This document shows positions 29,043 to 39,430 of a stretch of DNA of 64,000 bases, piece after piece; positions within the stretch are counted from its first letter, which is position 1, and each line of letters opens with the position of its first letter. The translations under genes were made by a program, and so were the position numbers. A model generated the notes under the pieces. The model was given only the letters and a program-made list of their open reading frames with translations. It was not told where the DNA came from and did not search any database. This stretch comes from Gammaproteobacteria bacterium. Lineage in GTDB: Bacteria; Pseudomonadota; Gammaproteobacteria; SZUA-152. The stretch is taken from assembly GCA_032250735.1 (NCBI GenBank), contig JAVVEP010000003.1, forward strand, positions 63,962-127,961. Reading direction: 5' to 3'.

Positions 29043-30875
29043 TCAAGGCCGAACTGCCACCAGCACGTCTACCTGCGAGGGATAATCAAAGGCCGCCTGT
29101 TCCAGCTGCTGATGACCGGCGTTCAGCGCCTGTTTCACGCGGGCCTTTAACATCCCGTCGTTGCTACGCTCGGCCACCTGCAGGGAGACCTTCAGCAGGG
29201 TGCTGGAGGGTGAAGGCAGTGGGCCCTCGGCCAGCATCGGCACCCCAAAGCCGCTGGGCAGCAGGGTCTGGTCCGTGCGCAGCCAGCCGCTGGGCGCATG
29301 AAAACGGCGCCAGGCATCCTCCACCCAGCGCGCCGCTAACTGAAAGTCGTTGTCACTGTTGGTCAGTTCCGCCCAGGCCAGCAGACCCTGCGCGGCGAAG
29401 GCGTAGTCTTCCAGGCCGGACTGCCCCAGCTCGCCCGCCCTGCCCCTGGCCCGCAACAGCCGCGTGCCGTCCCATAACACCGTCACCAGATAATCACGCA
29501 CACCCTGCGCCGCCTTTCGATAGACCTCACCACCCGGCAGTTTTGCCCCTTCGACCAGGGCGGAGAGCGCCAGACCGTTCCAGGCGGCCAGCAACTTGTC
29601 GTCCACCGGCAGGCGTCGCCCGGCGCGCAACTTCAGCAGCTTGGCACGCGCCGACTGATAATGCTGGCGCGCCCGCGAGCTATCTATTCCCAGTTTTTCC
29701 GCCGCCTCGGCCAGTGGCAGCTGCACCCGCGGCAGATGCCCGACATCAAACGACGACACCCCTTCCAGCCCCCAGTGCAGCGCCAGCAGGCGATATTCGT
29801 CGGGCGACAAAATACGTTGCAAGGTTTTCGTTTCCCACAGGTAATACCCGCCTTCCACGCCGGCCGCGTCCACCGCCGAGAAACTGGCGACCAGCGCGCC
29901 CTGCGGGCTGCGCATTTCGCGGCGCATAAAATCCAGGGTGTCGCGGGCGATGGCCTCGTATTCCGCATGCTGAAACACCTGCGCCGCCCGCAGGTACAGC
30001 GCGGACAACAGGGCGTTGTCGTAGAGCATTTTTTCAAAGTGCGGGGTGTGCCAGCCGGGGTCGGTGGTGTAACGGTAAAAGCCACCTCCCAGATGGTCAC
30101 GCAGCCCCTGGCTGGCCATGCGATCGAGGCTCAGCATCAGGAAGACCTTCAATGCCGGCAGTGGCTGCCGCTGGTAGGCGCTCAGCAGGCTGTCCAGCTG
30201 CGGCACCATGGGAAATTTGGTCTGCTCGCCAAAGCCCCCGTCCATCTCATCTCCCAGCTGCAGCGCCTGTTGCAGCATGATGGTCTGATAGCGTTTTCCA
30301 TCACCGGCTACTAATGCCGGATCGGGCTCCGTCGGCGCCCCCTGCAACATTTGTGCGGCCGCCGCCGCGGCCTGGGCGAGCTCGCCCGGGGCCTGCTGCC
30401 ACTGTTGCTGGAGCTCGGTGAGCAGGGCGATGAAGCGGTCTTTCGGGGCATAGGTCAGGCCCACCAGCGGATGCCCGTCCGGGGTGAGAAACACATTCAG
30501 CGGCCAGCCGGAGGCGCCGCGGGTGCGCTGCACAAAATCGATGAGATAGGCATCCAGCGCGGGGTTCAGCTCGCGATCCACCTTCACGGAAACAAAGTGC
30601 TGATTCAGGATCTTCGCCACCTGCGGGTCCTGATAACTCTCGCGCTGCATCACATGGCACCAGTGGCAGGCAAAATAGCCGATAGACACGAACAACAGCT
30701 TGTTGTCCCTTTTGGCCTGTGCCAGCACCTCGGCGGACCAGTCCTGCCAGGCGACGGGGTCTTGGCCGTGCATCGCCAGGTAGGGCGAATCGTGGCCGCT
30801 GAGCGGGTTGGCCGACACCGCCACCGTTGCCACGCACAGCACGCCGATCACTAACCACCGCTGTATTCTGGACAT
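29043..30875 (-). CDS. Thioredoxin-domain (DUF255/YyaL-like) protein with six-hairpin glycosidase-like C-terminal domain, secreted
   Basis: Signal peptide, then GYFACHWCHVMQRESY. ATG 30875 (MSRIQRW) was chosen. Confidence 0.8.
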   Translation of the reverse strand: MSRIQRWLVIGVLCVATVAVSANPLSGHDSPYLAMHGQDPVAWQDWSAEVLAQAKRDNKLLFVSIGYFACHWCHVMQRESYQDPQVAKILNQHFVSVKVDRELNPALDAYLIDFVQRTRGASGWPLNVFLTPDGHPLVGLTYAPKDRFIALLTELQQQWQQAPGELAQAAAAAAQMLQGAPTEPDPALVAGDGKRYQTIMLQQALQLGDEMDGGFGEQTKFPMVPQLDSLLSAYQRQPLPALKVFLMLSLDRMASQGLRDHLGGGFYRYTTDPGWHTPHFEKMLYDNALLSALYLRAAQVFQHAEYEAIARDTLDFMRREMRSPQGALVASFSAVDAAGVEGGYYLWETKTLQRILSPDEYRLLALHWGLEGVSSFDVGHLPRVQLPLAEAAEKLGIDSSRARQHYQSARAKLLKLRAGRRLPVDDKLLAAWNGLALSALVEGAKLPGGEVYRKAAQGVRDYLVTVLWDGTRLLRARGRAGELGQSGLEDYAFAAQGLLAWAELTNSDNDFQLAARWVEDAWRRFHAPSGWLRTDQTLLPSGFGVPMLAEGPLPSPSSTLLKVSLQVAERSNDGMLKARVKQALNAGHQQLEQAAFDYPSQVDVLVAVRP

Positions 30876-31117
30876 CTCACCCTCCTCCATTCCTGCTTTG
30901 AGCACAGGATACGGTATTTGTTACACCCACGGCGGCCCTGTGGCGGAACTCGGCGGCGGCCCAGGCATCCAAGGGTGTCATAACCCTGCGAACCGACCGT
31001 ATTTCTCTGCCGCCGGGGGTGCTAAAATCGGTGCAACACCGACGCGGGTCGGCCTGCAAACCCGTTACACTATTTGCCACACATTCCGCCACACAACCCA
31101 ACAGATGGAGCATGCCC

Positions 31118-31498
31118 ATGAGCGCCTTACCCGAATTCAAGACCACCGTCACCGACGAGATCAAGGTGATGCCTGCCGCCCGCGCCAAACTGGTGGAACT
31201 GTTGAGCTCCGAAGAGGAGATCAACGGCGTGCGTATCTTTGTCTCCGGCGGCGGCTGCAGCGGCATGACCTATGGCATGACCTTCGCCGAGGCCCCCAAC
31301 GAATTTGACAGCATCCTTGAGCAGGATGGACTCACTCTGTATGTCGATGCGGTGGCGCTGAGCTTCCTGTCCGGCGTGGAAATCGACTTTGTCGAACAGG
31401 GCATGGGCGCCAGCTTCGTGTTCAAGAATGCCTTTTCCGCCACCGGCGGTTCCGGCTCCTGTGGTGGCTGCGGCTCCTCCGGTGGCGGTTGCGCCTAA
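31118..31498 (+). CDS. HesB/IscA/ErpA-family iron-sulfur cluster insertion protein with Gly/Cys-rich tail
   Basis: VRIFVSGGGCSGMTYGMTF and the C-terminal sequence SCGGCGSSGGGCA (a variant of the CGCG motif). Confidence 0.8.
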   Translation: MSALPEFKTTVTDEIKVMPAARAKLVELLSSEEEINGVRIFVSGGGCSGMTYGMTFAEAPNEFDSILEQDGLTLYVDAVALSFLSGVEIDFVEQGMGASFVFKNAFSATGGSGSCGGCGSSGGGCA

Positions 31499-31535
31499 TT
31501 CGCCTTCACCCAAAAAATCAAACCTCTCTATCTCC

Positions 31536-31595
31536 GTCATCCCGGCGCAAGCCGGGATCCGGGAATGACACGCAGAGGTGGCGTGAATAGCCACC
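31536..31595. repeat. Two palindromic hairpin elements (GTCATCCCGGCGCAAGCCGGGATCCGGGAATGAC and GGTGGCGTGAATAGCCACC)
   Basis: Read directly, downstream of the IscA-like gene. They may act as a terminator or belong to a REP-like element. Confidence 0.5.
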
Positions 31596-31615
31596 GCTGG
31601 CTGGATTAGCTTTAA

Positions 31616-32887
31616 GTGCCTTCCTCCGATTTAAATCACCAACGCCCGCGACTTTTATTACTCGCCCCGCACAGCAGTTACCGCATTGCCCCCTACCTCA
31701 GCGCCGCCCAATCCCTCGGTGTCGATGTACTCGTCGCCTCCACCAGCGAGCACTCCCTGGTCAGCGCCGTCGCCGAGGGCCTGCGCATCGATCTCCAGCA
31801 ACCCGAGCTGGCGCTTACGGCCATCCTCCGTGCCGCGCGAGATGCACCCTTTTCCGGCATCATCGCTACCGACGACAATGTCGTCACACTCGCCGCCCAG
31901 GTCGCCCAGCGGCTCCGCCTGCCGCACAATTCCCCGCAGGCCATGCAGCTCACCCAGCGCAAGGATCTGGCCCGCGCCCGGCTGGCCGCACACGGCGTGC
32001 CGGTGCCGGGATTTGTGCGCATCGACCTGCAGGGCGACATCGCGCAGCAGGCCGGCACGCTGCGCTATCCCTGCGTCATCAAACCCCTCGGCCTGTCCGG
32101 CAGTCGCGGGGTGATCCGGGCCGACACTATCGAACAGGCGGTCACCGCCATTCAGCGGATTGCCGCTATCGTCGCCGGGCTCAGCGATGAACAGCAGGCT
32201 CGCTACCTGCTGGCAGAGGACTACCTGCCCGGCATCGAGGTCGCGCTGGAGGGCATGCTGCATAACGGTAAATTGCAGGTGCTGGCGCTGTTCGACAAGC
32301 CCGACCCGCTGCAGGGCCCCTACTTCGAGGAGACCTATTACATCACCCCCTCCCGGCTGGCCGAGCCGCAACAGGCGCTCGTTCGCCAGCGCGTCAGCCA
32401 GGCCTGTGCCGCCTATGGCCTGCGACACGGCCCGATACACGCCGAGCTGCGTCTGAACACGCACCACCATCAGCCTGAGGCCTGGATCCTGGAGGTCGCC
32501 GCCCGCACCATCGGCGGCCAATGCGCGCAACTGTTAAAGCAGGGCACTGGCTACGGGCTGGAGGCGCTGGTGATCGCCCACGCCATCGGCCGATCACTGC
32601 CCCCGCAGCACGCCACCTCCGCGGCCGGCGTATTGATGATCCCCATCCCCAGGGCCGGTATCCTGCGTCGCGTCGAGGGCCTGTCCGCCGCCCGTCGCGT
32701 CGAACACATTCTGGACATCGAGATTTTCGTGCGCGAGGGTTATGAGCTGGTGCCGCTGCCCGAGGGCGCCGCCTATCTGGGTTTTATCTTTGCCCAGGCC
32801 CCCACCGCCGCTGCGGCAGAGGCCGCCCTGCGCGAGGCCCATGCCCAGCTGAATTTTGTCACCGCACCCCTGTGGCGAATACAATAG
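31616..32887 (+). CDS. ATP-grasp enzyme (L-amino-acid-ligase-like architecture), substrate unknown
   Basis: 423 aa with LTQRKDLARARLAAHGVPVP, YPCVIKPLGLSGSRGVIR and LAEDYLPGIEVALEG. GTG start. Confidence 0.7.
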   Translation: MPSSDLNHQRPRLLLLAPHSSYRIAPYLSAAQSLGVDVLVASTSEHSLVSAVAEGLRIDLQQPELALTAILRAARDAPFSGIIATDDNVVTLAAQVAQRLRLPHNSPQAMQLTQRKDLARARLAAHGVPVPGFVRIDLQGDIAQQAGTLRYPCVIKPLGLSGSRGVIRADTIEQAVTAIQRIAAIVAGLSDEQQARYLLAEDYLPGIEVALEGMLHNGKLQVLALFDKPDPLQGPYFEETYYITPSRLAEPQQALVRQRVSQACAAYGLRHGPIHAELRLNTHHHQPEAWILEVAARTIGGQCAQLLKQGTGYGLEALVIAHAIGRSLPPQHATSAAGVLMIPIPRAGILRRVEGLSAARRVEHILDIEIFVREGYELVPLPEGAAYLGFIFAQAPTAAAAEAALREAHAQLNFVTAPLWRIQ

Positions 32888-32979
32888 AAAATCGGCCGTC
32901 ACCGACAATTTATGTAATGATATCCAGCTAACATTAACTAGACTTCCAACATGCCGCCAACCATCAACAGTGACATATA

Positions 32980-33435
32980 ATGAAAATATGGGTCGATGCC
33001 GATGCCTGCCCCGTGGTCATCCGGGACATCTTGTTCAAGGCCGCGCAACGCACCGGCGTGCTGACCACCCTGGTCGCCAACCAGTCGGTGCGCATCCCAG
33101 CCTCCGCGCACATCAGGATGCTGCAGGTGTCGTCCGGCTTTGATGTCGCCGATAATGAAATCGTCAAACAGGTCAGTGTGGGCGATCTGGTGATCACCGG
33201 CGACATCCCGCTGGCGGCCGAGGTGATCGAAAAGGGGGGCCTGGCGCTCAACCCCCGCGGCGAGCTGTATACGGCCAGCGACATCCGGGCCAAGCTCAAC
33301 ATGCGCGACTTCATGGATACCATGCGCGCCAGCGGTGCGCATACCGGAGGCCAGGCGCCCTTGAGCCAGACCGACCGGCAGGCCTTTGCCAACCATCTGG
33401 ATCGACTGCTGGCGAAACACCGCAAGGGCGTTTAG
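32980..33435 (+). CDS. yaiI: YaiI/YqxD (UPF0178, DUF188) family protein
   Basis: [24 protein letters not shown]...[12 protein letters not shown]. Confidence 0.85.
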   Translation: MKIWVDADACPVVIRDILFKAAQRTGVLTTLVANQSVRIPASAHIRMLQVSSGFDVADNEIVKQVSVGDLVITGDIPLAAEVIEKGGLALNPRGELYTASDIRAKLNMRDFMDTMRASGAHTGGQAPLSQTDRQAFANHLDRLLAKHRKGV

Positions 33436-33443
33436 GCGGCGCC

Positions 33444-33485
33444 AAAAAAAGGCCGGACTCCGCTGAACGGAGGCCGGCCTGTTGC
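33444..33485. terminator. Bidirectional rho-independent terminator
   Basis: AAAAAAAGGCCGGACTCC-GCTGAAC-GGAGGCCGGCCTGTT lies between convergent yaiI and deaD. Confidence 0.75.
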
Positions 33486-33522
33486 GCTGTTATCGCGCTG
33501 TGATTGTGCTGTCAGAGAAACG

Positions 33523-35400
33523 CTATGAACTCGCCGTTTCCTTTCTCAGTACCTTTTTTCCGGCCGGCTTCTTGGGCTTGCCCTTGTCCTTGTCCTTGGT
33601 CTTGAACTGGACCTTGACCTTGCTGCGCTTCTCGTCCCGGCTGTCGGCGACCTCGGGCTTGTTCACCTCTCCCAGGCGGCTGATCTTCAGTGCCTGCCCG
33701 GCGACCCTGACCTTTTTCAGATCATTGAATACGTCCTTGGGCATCCCCTGCGGCAGGTCCACCAGACTGTAGTCATCAAAGATCTTGATATGGCCGATAT
33801 GCTGTCCGTCCAGGCCCGCCTCATTGGCGATGGCGCCGACGATATTGCCCGGCTGTACCTCATGCACATGGCCCACCTCAATGCGGTAGCGTTCCAGGCC
33901 TTCCGCCGGCGGCATCTCTTTCCGGGGGGGGCGATCCTGCTCTTTGCGAGGGCGTATCTTGGCGTCCCGGCTGCCGCCCTTGTCGCCATCGATGCGCTTG
34001 TCGGTGCGCTTGTCGCCACGTCTGGGCGCAGCAGGCCGATCATCACGGTCCCAGCTGTCCCGGCTCTGTGGTTGCGGCTTGTTCTGCAACAGGAAGGGGG
34101 ATTCGCCCTGTAACAGCTGCGCAAGCGCGGCGGCAATCTCCAGCGCCGGCACGTTGTGCTCCTGCTGATACTCCTCGATCATCTGATAAAAGGTGCCCAG
34201 CTGTTCGGTGGCCAGCACGTCGGTGATGCGCTGCTTGAATTTACCGATGCGCTTGTCATTGATAATTTCCGTGGAGGGCAGCTCCATCCGTTCAATCTTT
34301 TTATTGGTCGCCTGCTCGATGGAATGCAGCAGGCGTTTTTCACGCGGCGCCACAAACAAAATCGCGTCGCCGCTGCGACCCGCGCGACCGGTACGACCGA
34401 TGCGATGGATATAGGCCTCGGTGTCATAGGGGATATCGTAATTGATGACGTGACTGATGCGGTCCACATCCAGTCCGCGGGCGGCAACATCCGTCGCCAC
34501 CAGGATATCCAGCTTTTTGTTCTTCAGGTTATTGATGGTGCGTTCCCGCAGGTTTTGCTGGATATCACCATTGATGGCGGCCGCCGCGTAACCGCGCGCC
34601 GACAGCTTGTCCGCCAGTTCCACCGTGGCGGTCTTGGTGCGCACAAAAACAATCATCCCATCAAACGGTTCGGCCTCCAGAATGCGGGTCAGGGCATCCA
34701 GCTTGTGCATGCCGCTGACCGGCCAGAAGCGCTGGCGGATGGTCTCCGCGGTGCCCGTTTTCACCTTGATGGTGACCTGTGCGGGATCGTTCAGGTATTT
34801 GGTCGCGATGCGGCGAATCTGCTGCGGCATGGTGGCCGAGAACAGGGCGATCTGCCGTTTGACCGGGATCTGCTCCAAGATCCATTCCACGTCATCGATA
34901 AAACCCATGCGCAGCATTTCGTCCGCCTCGTCCAGCACTAGCGCACTCAAGCCATCCAGCTTCAGGGTGCCACGGCGCATGTGATCCATCACCCGCCCCG
35001 GCGTGCCCACCACCACATGCACGCCACGCTCCAGGGAACGGATCTGTGCGCGATAGTCCTGACCGCCATAGATCGGCAACACATTAAAACCTTTCATATG
35101 CCGGGCGTATTTCTGGAAGGCCTCTGCTACCTGGATGGCCAGCTCGCGGGTGGGGGCCAGCACCAGCACCTGCGGGTCTCGCTGTTTCAGATCGAGATTG
35201 GAGATCAGCGGCAGGGCAAAGGCCGCGGTCTTGCCCGTGCCGGTCTGGGCCTGGCCGATGATGTCTCTGCCTTCGAGCAAGAGAGGAATGGTCTGTGCCT
35301 GAATCGGCGAGGGGGTTTCGTAACCCACTTCGTCCAGGGCCTTTAACAGGGGTTTCGCCAGGGCCAACTGATCGAATGTCGTTACCGTATCGGTCGTCAT
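33523..35400 (-). CDS. deaD: ATP-dependent DEAD-box RNA helicase DeaD/CsdA
   Basis: AQTGTGKT, DEAD, SAT and HRIGRTGRAG motifs, a DbpA-like RNA-binding domain and a basic tail. ATG 35400 (MTTDTV) was chosen. Confidence 0.93.
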   Translation of the reverse strand: MTTDTVTTFDQLALAKPLLKALDEVGYETPSPIQAQTIPLLLEGRDIIGQAQTGTGKTAAFALPLISNLDLKQRDPQVLVLAPTRELAIQVAEAFQKYARHMKGFNVLPIYGGQDYRAQIRSLERGVHVVVGTPGRVMDHMRRGTLKLDGLSALVLDEADEMLRMGFIDDVEWILEQIPVKRQIALFSATMPQQIRRIATKYLNDPAQVTIKVKTGTAETIRQRFWPVSGMHKLDALTRILEAEPFDGMIVFVRTKTATVELADKLSARGYAAAAINGDIQQNLRERTINNLKNKKLDILVATDVAARGLDVDRISHVINYDIPYDTEAYIHRIGRTGRAGRSGDAILFVAPREKRLLHSIEQATNKKIERMELPSTEIINDKRIGKFKQRITDVLATEQLGTFYQMIEEYQQEHNVPALEIAAALAQLLQGESPFLLQNKPQPQSRDSWDRDDRPAAPRRGDKRTDKRIDGDKGGSRDAKIRPRKEQDRPPRKEMPPAEGLERYRIEVGHVHEVQPGNIVGAIANEAGLDGQHIGHIKIFDDYSLVDLPQGMPKDVFNDLKKVRVAGQALKISRLGEVNKPEVADSRDEKRSKVKVQFKTKDKDKGKPKKPAGKKVLRKETASS

Positions 35401-35648
35401 ATGTACTGTACCTATTTGTGTGATATGTGGAATGCGCGGAGAAAGCAGATGCTTTTTCAAGAGCTTGCGGGGAGATCCCGTCACCCTTGCACGCTGAATA
35501 TCTAGGTCAGAGCTCGAAGGGGCGCGTAGTGTAACGGTTTGACGGCCAACTTGCATTCTTTTTGTACAATATTTGGCCATGGCCGGCGTTGGGCTATGCT
35601 TACTGACCCACAGGCTCTCACCCCTGCTGACGACCCGAACCCGCGCCT

Positions 35649-36215
35649 ATGCCGATGACCACGATCCGTATTCAGCACGCCGACATCACCACGCTGGCGG
35701 TAGATGCCATTGTGAATGCCGCCAATCGTTCGCTGCTGGGGGGCGGGGGAGTGGATGGCGCAATCCATCGCGCCGCGGGCGCTGAACTGCTGCAAGAGTG
35801 CCGCACCCTGGGCGGCTGTGAGACCGGTGACGCCAAGATCACCCGGGGCTATCGGCTGCCGGCCAGATATGTGATCCACACCGTTGGCCCTGTATGGCAT
35901 GGCGGTAATCAACAGGAAGCCCAAAAGCTCGCATCCTGCTACCGGCGCTGCCTGGAGATTGCCGGCGAGCACCAGCTGCGCAGCATCGCCTTTCCCGCCA
36001 TCAGTTGTGGCGCCTACGGCTTTCCCATCGAGCAGGCCTGTGAGATTGCGATGAACGAGGTCATCACGCAGTGTGTGGACAGGGGTATCGAGAAGGTGAT
36101 CTTTGCCTGCACCAACCGCAGGGTCGAGGACGGACTGCGAAAGGCATTTGTATATCTAACCAGTAGTGGCGACTTCCACTCAGTCACCCTGGCGGGCGAC
36201 CCGACTCAAGCGTAA
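35649..36215 (+). CDS. ymdB: Macro-domain protein (O-acetyl-ADP-ribose deacetylase, YmdB-like)
   Basis: [34 protein letters not shown]...[15 protein letters not shown]. Confidence 0.88.
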   Translation: MPMTTIRIQHADITTLAVDAIVNAANRSLLGGGGVDGAIHRAAGAELLQECRTLGGCETGDAKITRGYRLPARYVIHTVGPVWHGGNQQEAQKLASCYRRCLEIAGEHQLRSIAFPAISCGAYGFPIEQACEIAMNEVITQCVDRGIEKVIFACTNRRVEDGLRKAFVYLTSSGDFHSVTLAGDPTQA

Positions 36216-36309
36216 CGCATCGACGAAAACTGACCGGTCAGGAATCTGCCACTGCTGCCCGCCGCTGACGTCCACCCTGGGTGCAGGCGCTACGGCGGGT
36301 GAAGGCGGA

Positions 36310-36597
36310 CTATTTCCTGGCGCCGGGCGGCTGGAAGCCTTCGGGCAGATTTCCCAGCTCGCCTTCCTTGAAAAAGAATCCCCGCATGTGATCCTCGATC
36401 ACCGCAATGCTCGCGGGATCGGCGGTCGACAGGCCGTTTTCATTGATGATCGTGGTGAGACGCTCCAGCCACTGCTGCCAGCCGGCCTTGGAGACATGTT
36501 CATAAATACGCTGACCCAGCTCGCCGGGATGCGGCACGGCATCCAGCCCCTCGCCCTGCTGATGGGTCACTACACACTGCACCATTCTTGCCATCAC
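36310..36597 (-). CDS. yggX: Fe(II)-trafficking/oxidative-damage protection protein YggX
   Basis: RMVQCVVTHQQGEGLD...PGELGQRIYEHVSKAGWQQWL. Confidence 0.88.
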   Translation of the reverse strand: MMARMVQCVVTHQQGEGLDAVPHPGELGQRIYEHVSKAGWQQWLERLTTIINENGLSTADPASIAVIEDHMRGFFFKEGELGNLPEGFQPPGARK

Positions 36598-36691
36598 ACG
36601 CTTCCTCAGTCTTGGTCATGCCGGGCGCCGATTATACCCGAGCCCCTGGCCCGGCCGTCACCCTCAAAAGTAATATAGCTCTCTATCTCTG

Positions 36692-37774
36692 CTAATCTTC
36701 TCTGCGCGGCTTGGTCGACTGGTCATCCGGCCCGCCCTCGGTGCCCCGCTCCTCGTCTGCGGCCCGTCCCTCGGCCGCCTCTTCGGCCTCGAGCCTGTCC
36801 AGCTCGGCGTCCATCTCTGCATCGCTGAGCGGCTCGTATTCACCATGGCCGGAGTCATTCGCATCATCTGCCTCGTCGGTATCCGGCGCATCGTCCGCCG
36901 CGGCGTGTTCGGCGGACGCTGCGAAGGTCGGTTCGACGCGGCCGCTGCCCGCCGCACCGGCTGCCGCAGCGGCGGTGGTCGTTTTTGCCGCCCTGCCGCC
37001 GCCTATCTCATGTTCATCCTCGTCCGCGTCGGCCTCTTTCGGCCGGGCATAAAAACGTGAAAACAACAGGCCCAGCTCAAACAGGATCCACATGGGGATG
37101 GCCAGCAGGGTCTGCGAGATCACATCCGGTGGCGTCAGCAGCATACCAATCACGAAGGCGCCGACAATCACGTAGGGACGTTTGGCCGCCAGCTTCTCGG
37201 CCGAGGTGATGCCACTCCAGACCAGCAGGATCGTGGCGATGGGCACCTCGAAGGCCAGCCCAAAGGCGAAAAACATCTTGATCGCGAAGTCGAGGTAGTA
37301 GGTGATGTCCGGCATCACCGCGACGCCCTCCGGCGCCACCCCGGTCAGAAAACCAAACACCAGCGGAAAGACCACGTAATAGGCAAAGGCCATGCCCGTA
37401 TAGAACAGAATCGTGCTGGAAAACAGCAGCGGAAAGACCAGCCGTTTTTCGTGTTGATACAGGCCCGGCGCCATGAAGCCCCAGGCCTGATAGAGGATAA
37501 AGGGCACCGCGATAAACACCGACAGCACCAGCGCCAGTTTAAAGGGGGTCAGAAAGGGCGACACCACCTGGGTGGCGATCATGCTGGTGCCTTCCACCAT
37601 ATGCCGTAGTAGCGGATCGGCCAGATAGGTATAGAGGTCGTTGGCAAAGGCAAACAGGCCGAGAAAAATCAACACCACGACCAGCACCACGCGCAGCAGC
37701 CGATCGCGCAGCTCCAGCAGATGTTGTACCAAAGGTTGTTCCGGAGAAGGCGGGAATTGCTGGGGGTCAGTCAT
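36692..37774 (-). CDS. tatC: Twin-arginine translocase subunit TatC with ~115-aa acidic/Ala-rich C-terminal extension
   Basis: The TatC core ([10 protein letters not shown]...PFLTPFKL...LTPPDVISQ) ends near aa 244. The rest is an Asp/Glu/Ala-rich tail. Confidence 0.92.
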   Translation of the reverse strand: MTDPQQFPPSPEQPLVQHLLELRDRLLRVVLVVVLIFLGLFAFANDLYTYLADPLLRHMVEGTSMIATQVVSPFLTPFKLALVLSVFIAVPFILYQAWGFMAPGLYQHEKRLVFPLLFSSTILFYTGMAFAYYVVFPLVFGFLTGVAPEGVAVMPDITYYLDFAIKMFFAFGLAFEVPIATILLVWSGITSAEKLAAKRPYVIVGAFVIGMLLTPPDVISQTLLAIPMWILFELGLLFSRFYARPKEADADEDEHEIGGGRAAKTTTAAAAAGAAGSGRVEPTFAASAEHAAADDAPDTDEADDANDSGHGEYEPLSDAEMDAELDRLEAEEAAEGRAADEERGTEGGPDDQSTKPRRED

Positions 37775-38225
37775 GCTTGTCTTTGGGGGTATGGTTCATC
37801 GCATCGCCGCGGGACTCGCTCTGCGCCGCACGGTTTTCATCGGCCGTCGGGGCATCATTGATGGCCTTCACCAGGTACTCGGGCGGACGGTCCGAGGCAT
37901 TATCGTCGAGTGATTGTTGCTGTGCCGTCTTCCTGCTAGCAGGGTTGGCCCGCGGTACCGGCCGGCGTTCATCGGCTTCCACCGGCGTCTGCTCCAGAAT
38001 CTCATGCACGGACTGGATCCTGGTCTGCTCTTCCAGCAGGCGTTTGAGCTCATCGGTCTTGCTGACTTCGGCATTGATGTCGGCCTGCACCGAGCTCACG
38101 AAACGGCGCGCACTACCCAGCCATTTGCCCACTGACCGGGCAACGCCGGGCAGGCGCTCGGGGCCGATCACCACCAGGGCGACCACGCCGATCAACGCCA
38201 TTTCCATGAAGCCTATATCAAACAT
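37767..38225 (-). CDS. tatB: Twin-arginine translocase subunit TatB
   Basis: [26 protein letters not shown]. Confidence 0.92.
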   Translation of the reverse strand: MFDIGFMEMALIGVVALVVIGPERLPGVARSVGKWLGSARRFVSSVQADINAEVSKTDELKRLLEEQTRIQSVHEILEQTPVEADERRPVPRANPASRKTAQQQSLDDNASDRPPEYLVKAINDAPTADENRAAQSESRGDAMNHTPKDKHD

Positions 38226-38301
38226 AAGTCAAACATACTTCAGCAATCACACCGACACCCGGGATGACGACACACCCTCGGCCTGTAGCAACAAGAACCG
38301 T

Positions 38302-38535
38302 TCAGGCCTTGTCCTTTTCCTTTTCCTTGGAGGTGACCTCACCCTCGATCACATCCTCCGCTGACTTGTTCAGCTGCGAGGGCTCGTCGGGTTTCTGTTC
38401 CTCTTCCTTCATCGCCGATTTAAAACCCTTGATGGCCGAGCCCAGATCACCGCCGACGTTGCGCAGGCGTTTGGCGCCAAACAACAGCAACACGATGATC
38501 AACACAATCACTAACTGCCAGATACTGATACCCAT
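38302..38535 (-). CDS. tatA: Twin-arginine translocase subunit TatA
   Basis: [32 protein letters not shown]. Confidence 0.93.
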   Translation of the reverse strand: MGISIWQLVIVLIIVLLLFGAKRLRNVGGDLGSAIKGFKSAMKEEEQKPDEPSQLNKSAEDVIEGEVTSKEKEKDKA

Positions 38536-38611
38536 TTTTACTCTCCGTTTAAGTCAGTGGATGTCATCGTTTTGAGCTTCACCAACAACATTCACCAAAA
38601 ATAAATTGATC

Positions 38612-38950
38612 TCAACCAAATCCCGGCAATCGACCGCCGCCCAGAAGATGAATATGCAAATGAAAAATCTCCTGCCCGCCACCGCGACCGGTATTGATAA
38701 TGGTCCGAAATCCCGTCGTCAGGCCCTGCTCCTCCGCCAGCTTTGGCAACAGGCGCAGCATGTGCGCCAGCAATGCATCATGTGAGGCGTCCATTTCTTT
38801 CAGGCTCTCGATGTGCTCGCGCGGCACGACCAGCAAATGCACGGCGGCCTTCGGATACAGATCACGAAACACGATCACCTGATCGTCTGCATACACCGTG
38901 TCGGAGGGAATCTCCCCCGCGGCGATCTTGCAAAACAGGCAATCACTCAT
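38612..38950 (-). CDS. HIT-family (histidine triad) nucleotide-binding protein
   Basis: [12 protein letters not shown]...[13 protein letters not shown] overlap with the hisE stop. Confidence 0.9.
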   Translation of the reverse strand: MSDCLFCKIAAGEIPSDTVYADDQVIVFRDLYPKAAVHLLVVPREHIESLKEMDASHDALLAHMLRLLPKLAEEQGLTTGFRTIINTGRGGGQEIFHLHIHLLGGGRLPGFG

Positions 38951-39270
38951 TTTGTCTCACCCCTGCTCGCCTTTTCGTCCAGCCCGGACAGACCAAAACG
39001 GCGCGCCAACTCATCCAGCACCTGTTGCGGATGGAGGCCCTGCTGCGCCAGCAACACCAGGGTATGAAACCACAGATCCGCTGTCTCATACACAATCTTG
39101 TCGGCGTCGCCATCCTTGGCCGCCATTACCGTTTCCGTGGCCTCTTCACCGATCTTTTTGAGGATCGCATCCAGCCCCTTGGCGTAGAGGCCGGCGACAT
39201 AGGAGCTGTCCGGCGATGCGCCCTTGCGCGCCTCCAACACATCCGCTAATTGTTGCAACACGTCACTCAT
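38947..39270 (-). CDS. hisE: Phosphoribosyl-ATP pyrophosphatase
   Basis: [29 protein letters not shown]...[13 protein letters not shown]. Confidence 0.92.
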   Translation of the reverse strand: MSDVLQQLADVLEARKGASPDSSYVAGLYAKGLDAILKKIGEEATETVMAAKDGDADKIVYETADLWFHTLVLLAQQGLHPQQVLDELARRFGLSGLDEKASRGETK

Positions 39271-39297
39271 GGATACACCTCAAAATCGCATCCAAAC

Positions 39298-39389
39298 GTA
39301 GGGTGGGCATCGCCCACCAACTGTACTCTGACCAAGCCTGCACAGGTGGGCGATGCCCACCCTACAACTAGATGCCCACCCTACAACTA
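39298..39389. repeat. REP-like element: inverted pair GTAGGGTGGGCATCGCCCACC (39298-39318) / GGTGGGCGATGCCCACCCTAC (39345-39365) plus partial third copy (39371-39389)
   Basis: Read directly. The same core occurs at 9509-9530, 9746-9767 and 46162-46217. Confidence 0.9.
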
Positions 39390-39430
39390 ATTGTTGCAGT
39401 ACGTTTTGATTCGAAAGCTCATTCATAACC

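Noticed and set aside
31400-32887. The Gly/Ser/Cys-rich C-terminus of the IscA-like protein (GGSGSCGGCGSSGGGCA) next to an ATP-grasp gene looked like a microcin-B17-like or graspetide RiPP precursor with its modifying enzyme.
   Set aside because: The tail aligns with the conserved CGCGSS Fe-S ligand motif of ErpA/IscA, and the rest of the protein is a full HesB fold. No cyclodehydratase, dehydrogenase, leader-peptidase or exporter genes are nearby. Graspetide cores need Thr/Ser plus Asp/Glu, which this tail lacks.
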